Positions 58,660-64,000 of a DNA stretch of 64,000 nt are shown one piece after another; position 1 is the first letter of the stretch, and the number at the start of each line of letters is the position of its first letter. Both the position numbers and the translations under genes were made by a program. The stretch comes from Spirochaetia bacterium (GTDB lineage: Bacteria; Spirochaetota; Spirochaetia; DSM-16054; Sediminispirochaetaceae): NCBI GenBank assembly GCA_034520965.1, contig JAXHMY010000009.1:32001-96000 (forward strand). The letters are read 5' to 3'. Under the pieces are notes generated by a model. The model did no database searches. It saw only the letters and a list, made by a program, of their open reading frames with translations, and was not told where the DNA came from.

Positions 58660-58802
58660 TTACCTATGCTCCATAATTGTAGTATATGACCCTTTGTAAA
58701 AGAAAACCTAGATAAGCGATCGAAAACCATTGAAGCAGCTACTTCCCGAGGGTTACTTCCATCTCCGCACTGGTATTCATACACCACAGCTATCTCCTCC
58801 GG

Positions 58803-59195
58803 TTATTCAAATTGGTTAAAAAAACTCTTACCTACATAATATGCTAAATTATGCATATCTTCAAATTCAATAAGACCTGCAGGTGCCTGTGAGTGTACCA
58901 AGCCAGGCTTCAGCCTGTTTTTTCTGATTATGGCGATAACAGCACGCAAAACGCTGTGACCTTTTGCAAGTTTATAGTAAACCCATAAACCTTTCTTCTC
59001 AGATTCTACAAATCCGGCATTTCTTAAAACGGCGAGCTGTCTGGATACCTTGTATTGAGGCAATAGAAGAGCGTCAGTGAGTTCACAAACACATAGACCG
59101 CTCTCATGAATAAAAATCAGCATTAAAACTCGAATCCGCTGCTCATCCGAAAGCGCTTTGAAAAACTCACCCCAATTTTGTTCGCTTTCGTTCAT
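58803..59195 (-). CDS. ArsR regulator
   Basis: FKALSDEQRIR, LCVCEL, QYKVSRQL; C-terminus may be a rearrangement. Confidence 0.85.
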   Translation of the reverse strand: MNESEQNWGEFFKALSDEQRIRVLMLIFIHESGLCVCELTDALLLPQYKVSRQLAVLRNAGFVESEKKGLWVYYKLAKGHSVLRAVIAIIRKNRLKPGLVHSQAPAGLIEFEDMHNLAYYVGKSFFNQFE

Positions 59196-59348
59196 AGTCA
59201 TAGTACATAACATAATACATGCCATTAATGTTATGCAAGATAGATAAAATGTGAGGCATTGTTAAACCCGCTTTTATCTATCAGTTTTTTGTATATTTAT
59301 CCCCCAGGGTCTTCAAGTTCTGAAGGCGCGGTTGCTCCAATGCATTCA

Positions 59349-59828
59349 TCATAGAAGCAGCAGAAATACTATCCCGACGAGACTGACAAGGACGAAGGTC
59401 AATACATTTCTCACGATGGTAAACTTCTTGCCGAAAGACAGAAGCTCGAGAGGGAGGGTCGATATTCCCATAAGAATCGCGATCATAACAAAACCGAAAA
59501 TGGCACCATAATTGGCTCCGTAGTCGCGCAAAAAACCAGCAAAGGGAAATACCGCTGCCGGTTGAATCAGTGCAAAGGACCCTATAAGCCCGCCAAGCAG
59601 AATAGAAAAAAATCCGTTCCCCGAACCAAGTAAATTCGCTATTAATTTCTGCGGGATAAATACCTGCATAAAGGACATCAATATAAAAATAAAAAAAAGC
59701 ACCGGAAGTATTGAGAGCGCAATGTGTCCGGTCGCGAGCAGTGCATTTTTAGTTTTAGTCCTATCTTTTACCAGAGATACAAGCAGAAGAATAGCTGCAA
59801 TTACCAGATAAATTGTTCCTGTATCCAT
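59349..59828 (-). CDS. Short permease subunit (DUF318-related)
   Basis: Hydrophobic, LPLE...FGKKFTIVRN; paralogous to 62683-63162. Confidence 0.75.
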   Translation of the reverse strand: MDTGTIYLVIAAILLLVSLVKDRTKTKNALLATGHIALSILPVLFFIFILMSFMQVFIPQKLIANLLGSGNGFFSILLGGLIGSFALIQPAAVFPFAGFLRDYGANYGAIFGFVMIAILMGISTLPLELLSFGKKFTIVRNVLTFVLVSLVGIVFLLLL

Positions 59829-59829
59829 T

Positions 59830-60357
59830 TTAATTCTCCCTTGCAGGGCTGAATGAGTTTCTTTCCCATTTTTCTATGAGAAATTCACCGAAGATCCCTA
59901 TCAGTAAGGCGGATGGAATGATTACTGCAATTCTCAAAACTGCAAATTGAACTCCGAGAAAACTGATCTCAAGGGGCAATAAAGGCGCTTTGCCTCCCCA
60001 CGCGGTGATAAAGGAGAGAATAGCTGCAATAGATGCGCCTTTTTCTCTCAGTATTCTTAAAAGAGGAAACATGGTAAAAAGAGAACCGCCAAGGATGATT
60101 GGAAATGTGGATGCAAAGAGCAATCCTTTAAAACCGGCCTCTTTTCCTAAAAACCTGGAGAGATGCTTGGGATGCACCCATACTTTTATCAGGCCAATAA
60201 TGATAAACACCGCTATCATTATTTTAATTACTCTCAAAAAAGTATCGTAGGTTATGGATCCCATCAGGAGTGCCTTGGGAACGGAAAAAACGGCCACTCC
60301 CCCCCAGAGCAAAAGTGCAATACCAATATAGATGAGGGAATTTTTATATCTGTTCAT
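59830..60357 (-). CDS. Short permease subunit (DUF318-related)
   Basis: KGAS...FITAW...K-x-PLLPLE...LG; paralogous to 62147-62686. Confidence 0.75.
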   Translation of the reverse strand: MNRYKNSLIYIGIALLLWGGVAVFSVPKALLMGSITYDTFLRVIKIMIAVFIIIGLIKVWVHPKHLSRFLGKEAGFKGLLFASTFPIILGGSLFTMFPLLRILREKGASIAAILSFITAWGGKAPLLPLEISFLGVQFAVLRIAVIIPSALLIGIFGEFLIEKWERNSFSPAREN

Positions 60358-60530
60358 CGAAAGCCTCCGGCAAAAAAAATCAATGATTAACATAATAATT
60401 ATATGGTAAATTGTCAATATAGCCAAATAACTGTTAAAGAATACCTAATACTTGTTGTAACGGCCTATCCACCATCTTGCCGCCGCGGCAAGGTTAAAGA
60501 CCTTTGCAACTTGTCTGTTCACGGGCTTGT

Positions 60531-61241
60531 CTATAAAAGGTTCAGGGTGTCATTCAGAATATAAAGACCGCCAAAAATTACGAGGATGCCGCAGGTTTTC
60601 TTCAACAGTTCTGTAGTCCTGTTCTTTTCATTCCAGCTCAGATAGGATTTGACCCAACCGGTCATCAATCCCCCCAGCACGATAACTGCACTGTGTCCCA
60701 ATGCGTACATCGCAAAGAGCGCTACCGACAAACCCGGTGTACTGCTGGAGGAGTAGAAGGTTACCCCCAAAAGAGGGGCCATAAAGGCAAAGGAGCAGGG
60801 TCCGAGAACGGTACCGAAGATCAAGCCCAAAATAAAAGCCTCTCCATACCACCCGGAAAATAATCCTAAAAAACGCGGGGACACTGCCAACTCAGGCAGC
60901 GGAAGGAAGCCTGTGAGTACCAGTCCGAAGCCGATAATAAAAACGCCTACGATAATTGAAACGGCCGGACCGGTGTCGCCGAACAGGCGCCCCAATCGAT
61001 AGGTAACAAATCCGATTATGAGAAGCGTCACCAGTATCCCGAGTGCGAACAGGAACGACATAAAACCGGCACTTCGCGTACCGTCGCCCTTGCGTACGAT
61101 ATGACCGATAATAAGCGGCATACCCGCCAGGTGGCACGGACTCAATACTACACTGAGCACTCCCCACACAAAAGCTGCCCAGACAGCGAGCCACGCCGAC
61201 GCCTGCAGCATCTGCGAAAGTGTCGAAAAAAGCCCGACCAC
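60531..61241 (-). CDS. ccdA: CcdA/DsbD-family thiol-disulfide transporter
   Basis: LSPCHL and GPCSFAF Cys pair in multi-TM protein. Confidence 0.88.
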   Translation of the reverse strand: MVGLFSTLSQMLQASAWLAVWAAFVWGVLSVVLSPCHLAGMPLIIGHIVRKGDGTRSAGFMSFLFALGILVTLLIIGFVTYRLGRLFGDTGPAVSIIVGVFIIGFGLVLTGFLPLPELAVSPRFLGLFSGWYGEAFILGLIFGTVLGPCSFAFMAPLLGVTFYSSSSTPGLSVALFAMYALGHSAVIVLGGLMTGWVKSYLSWNEKNRTTELLKKTCGILVIFGGLYILNDTLNLL

Positions 61242-61639
61242 TACCGTCCGACTCCCTTCTGTTTGAGAATCTCAAGCAGCTGCTCTTTGGGCAGGAAGCC
61301 TTCATGCCGAAAGTACTCGTTTCCCTGGGAGTCGAGGAAAACCTGTGTCGGGATAACGCGAATACCGTATTCGGCAGCGTACGGACGTTCTTCGGGAGTC
61401 CAGACATCATAGAAGATGACCTCAACCTGTTGTGGATACTCCTCGCGAATTTCATCCATAATCGGCTGCATCATTTTGCAGGGCACACAGTTAACCGATC
61501 CGAGTTCTATAAAGCTTACTTTGGCTGCGGTAGCTACGGCATCCTTGTTGGAAGGCGTATTCTTACTTGAATCGGCTTCGCATCCTGAAACAAAGAGTGC
61601 TAATAACAGTAAAAGGACAGCCCTGAATTTAAGTCTCAT
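61241..61639 (-). CDS. Thioredoxin-family lipoprotein
   Basis: Lipobox-like VSGC, CVPC, IPTQ, RHEGF. Confidence 0.9.
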   Translation of the reverse strand: MRLKFRAVLLLLLALFVSGCEADSSKNTPSNKDAVATAAKVSFIELGSVNCVPCKMMQPIMDEIREEYPQQVEVIFYDVWTPEERPYAAEYGIRVIPTQVFLDSQGNEYFRHEGFLPKEQLLEILKQKGVGR

Positions 61640-61769
61640 ATGTGCTCCATTGAATAAGCATTTTTTTTATTTTTATAGTAGATTAGTAAATAAGTCAATA
61701 AAATTAATTAATCTTAATTCCTTTTTTGGTGATATTGCCAAATATCTAATTGTAGGATAAAATAGAAGT

Positions 61770-62135
61770 ATGGATTGCTCAGTTACAAAATCTGAAATGT
61801 TGAACGAAATGCCGAATAAAGACTGTATTTGCGAGCTGGCCGAATTGTTAAAAACCCTTGGTCACTCATCACGCCTTATGATAGTGGAGGCTCTTGGAAA
61901 AAAATCTTATTGTGTATGCGATCTCACGGCAATGATCGGCGCTGACACGTCCACTGTCTCCAAGCACCTTTCGCTTCTCAAGGCAGCCGGTATTGTACGC
62001 CGCGAGAAACAGGGTACCCATGTCTATTATTCCCTTACCTGCCCCTGCGTTATCGACGCGGTAGCACAGTTGAAACCGCTTATTAAAGAGAAGTTGCAGC
62101 ATTACAGTCATATGATTGAAGTTTCGAATCCCTGA
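61770..62135 (+). CDS. ArsR regulator
   Basis: LKTLGHSSRL, CVCDL, DTSTVSKHL, CPC. Confidence 0.92.
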   Translation: MDCSVTKSEMLNEMPNKDCICELAELLKTLGHSSRLMIVEALGKKSYCVCDLTAMIGADTSTVSKHLSLLKAAGIVRREKQGTHVYYSLTCPCVIDAVAQLKPLIKEKLQHYSHMIEVSNP

Positions 62136-62146
62136 ACAAGTAATCA

Positions 62147-62686
62147 CTACTTTGTAAGTTTCTCCACCTTCCTGACTATATCCAGCCGGTCGGAATCATT
62201 AAGGGAGAGGCCCAGGAGCCAGGATATGACAATTATTCCTGGAATATCCACGAGGAGACGGGTCAATGCGAAGCGCGGACCAAGGGCTTCGTATTCAAAC
62301 AGCAGCATCGGTATCTTGGTAGTCGACCAGGCTCCGATAAAGATAAACACATTCCGGAAACTGGCCCCTTTTTTTAAAAAGACCGCCGCCACGGGAAAGG
62401 CCCCATAGAGGGGGCCGGCTGCGGCGGAACCGATAAGCACCGCCAGGAGAACTCCTTTCATACCTGATCCGTGGCCCATGAAGCGCACCATAGTGTGCCG
62501 GGGAACCCAGATATCCAGCAGCCCCAGTAGAACAAATATCGGGGGAATAACGAGCAGGACTTCCCTCAGGCTGTAAGCCGTAATGGAAAATGATTTTAGC
62601 GCGAGTCCTGTGTTTACCAGTGCGAGAACTACAAGCATGAGCAGGGTTATGAGAAAAAATCTATATCGAATAAAAAGCTTATTCAT
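62147..62686 (-). CDS. Short permease subunit (DUF318-related)
   Basis: GSAAAGPLYGAFP, GAWSTTKIPM. Confidence 0.82.
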   Translation of the reverse strand: MNKLFIRYRFFLITLLMLVVLALVNTGLALKSFSITAYSLREVLLVIPPIFVLLGLLDIWVPRHTMVRFMGHGSGMKGVLLAVLIGSAAAGPLYGAFPVAAVFLKKGASFRNVFIFIGAWSTTKIPMLLFEYEALGPRFALTRLLVDIPGIIVISWLLGLSLNDSDRLDIVRKVEKLTK

Positions 62687-63162
62687 ACGGTGTGTACCCA
62701 TCCTATAATAACCGCAACCAGGAAAGAAAAGAGAAACGCGAGTAGGTTCCTTATAACTGCTGTCTTGACGCCGAAATACTCAATCTCCACAGGAAAAGTA
62801 ATAACTCCCACCATCATGAGCGTTGAAACGAAGGCGGCGATTTGCATATAACCGGCCCCGTTCTGCAACAGTATGGAAGCGGTGGGAAAGGCGACAAAAC
62901 CCGGAATAAGAGTCACCGAACCGACAACGGCAGCTCCGATAGTACCCAGCCATCCGGATTCCACCCCCAGAATTCGGGAGATTGTTTCCGCGTTCATTAT
63001 GGAAAGTACTATTCCGGTAAGTACAAGCACCCCCAGAAACTGGGGCATAATATTCTCGAATGCTTTCCACGCCTTTTTTATCGCCTTTACTGTTTTCTGT
63101 TTGTCCTTATAAAGCGAAACCGCAAGCAGAATTACTGTGGCAGTATATAGAATTATTGTCAT
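62683..63162 (-). CDS. Short permease subunit (DUF318-related)
   Basis: GSVTLIPGFVAFP, STLMMVG...E...FG...RN. Confidence 0.82.
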   Translation of the reverse strand: MTIILYTATVILLAVSLYKDKQKTVKAIKKAWKAFENIMPQFLGVLVLTGIVLSIMNAETISRILGVESGWLGTIGAAVVGSVTLIPGFVAFPTASILLQNGAGYMQIAAFVSTLMMVGVITFPVEIEYFGVKTAVIRNLLAFLFSFLVAVIIGWVHTV

Positions 63163-63193
63163 TTTTTAGTCTTTACTAGTATCTTCTTCTATG

Positions 63194-63610
63194 TTATCTA
63201 TGCCATTCACCCTTCAGTTCCATAGTTTCCCGCAGGGTCGACAGGACGGTGCTGTTTCTCCGGGCGACTTTGAATATGGAATCTATTCTTCTGTCCGTAT
63301 CCGGTGAGTCGATAGTCAGCTCATAATGTACAGAAATGATTTTCGGCGGTGAGTCCTGCCGGACACCCGTTACCTTTACTTTTAGACCATCTATCTGTAC
63401 CCCGCTGTTCGAGGCCACTAAACCCATGGAACTCGTGATGCATCCCCCCGCCGCGGCAAGGAGGGTTTCCGCCGGATTAAAACCGGCGGAAGGGTCTCCA
63501 CTCTTTGCACCGAGTTCGAGGGAAAAAGAGCGAACCGAAGCGGTGGTGGTAGTACCATTTTCATTTCTCTTCAAATCTACATGGTATTCTTGGGTAGCCA
63601 TTTTGTACAC
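63194..63610 (-). CDS. OsmC-family protein
   Basis: GFNPAETLLAAAGGC; second Cys appears replaced (NSTV). Confidence 0.82.
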   Translation of the reverse strand: MYKMATQEYHVDLKRNENGTTTTASVRSFSLELGAKSGDPSAGFNPAETLLAAAGGCITSSMGLVASNSGVQIDGLKVKVTGVRQDSPPKIISVHYELTIDSPDTDRRIDSIFKVARRNSTVLSTLRETMELKGEWHR

Positions 63611-63625
63611 CTATCTATTTCAAAA

Positions 63626-64000
63626 TTATAAGACAATGTTTCCATACAGCATTCCCACAATGGTGGAAAAGACAACTACCAGGCCCGCGTAAGTAAGGGT
63701 CTTCTTCGCCCCCAGCTCGCTGCCGATTACCAGCAGGTTGGGCAGGCTCAAAGATGGGCCGGCCAGAAGCAGTGCCAGTGAGGGGCCGTTGCCCATACCG
63801 GCGCCAAGTAATCCCTGCATAATAGGTACTTCGGTCAGGGTGGCAAAGTACATCAAGGCGCCCACTACCGCGGCGGCCAGGTTTGCACCAAGAGAGTTTC
63901 CGCCTACAAAGGCGGCAATCCACGACTCGGGAATAATGGCCATATGGCCGGGTCTGCCTAACAGAAAGCCGGCTACCAGCACACCGCCAAAGAGCAGCGG
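63626..64000 (-). CDS. DUF318-family permease (5' part outside window)
   Basis: MYFATLTEVPI, LLLAGPSLSLP motifs. Confidence 0.88.
   Translation of the reverse strand, partial: PLLFGGVLVAGFLLGRPGHMAIIPESWIAAFVGGNSLGANLAAAVVGALMYFATLTEVPIMQGLLGAGMGNGPSLALLLAGPSLSLPNLLVIGSELGAKKTLTYAGLVVVFSTIVGMLYGNIVL

Noticed and set aside
1..64000. CRISPR array, tRNA, rRNA, integrase or transposase
   Set aside because: No regularly spaced repeats, no cloverleaf or rRNA-like sequence and no recombinase motifs recognised by eye.

Overview
Accessory, heavily rearranged 64 kb region of a probably anaerobic bacterium. The methyl-accepting chemotaxis fragment and the signal-peptide style suggest a spirochaete, but this is inference only. 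1-5 kb is a dense toxin-antitoxin cluster with gene debris. 5-22 kb holds mixed cargo: MFS pseudogene, S41 peptidase, LuxR/MalT regulators, alcohol dehydrogenases (one inside a solitary attC-bounded cassette), SDR, GGDEF, PIN pair and a macro domain. 22-64 kb is a large arsenic/thiol-redox island with acr3, five ArsR regulators plus one pseudogene, several DUF318/ArsP-type permeases, two CoA-disulfide-reductase-like flavoproteins, CcdA/thioredoxin and SigZ. It contains two reciprocally decayed copies of an arsR-arsD-arsA-CMD-YlbF-YlbF operon whose YlbF pair ends in Cys-Cys. It is interrupted by two divergent xanthine-dehydrogenase-family operons and by a ynjBCDEF-like cluster (flavo-FeS oxidoreductase, CCG protein, rhodanese-DedA fusion, CDP-alcohol phosphatidyltransferase, ABC transporter) carrying a 1432 bp tandem duplication. 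No arsC, arsB, integrase, transposase, rRNA, tRNA or CRISPR array was recognised. All family calls are from motif recognition by eye, not database searches.
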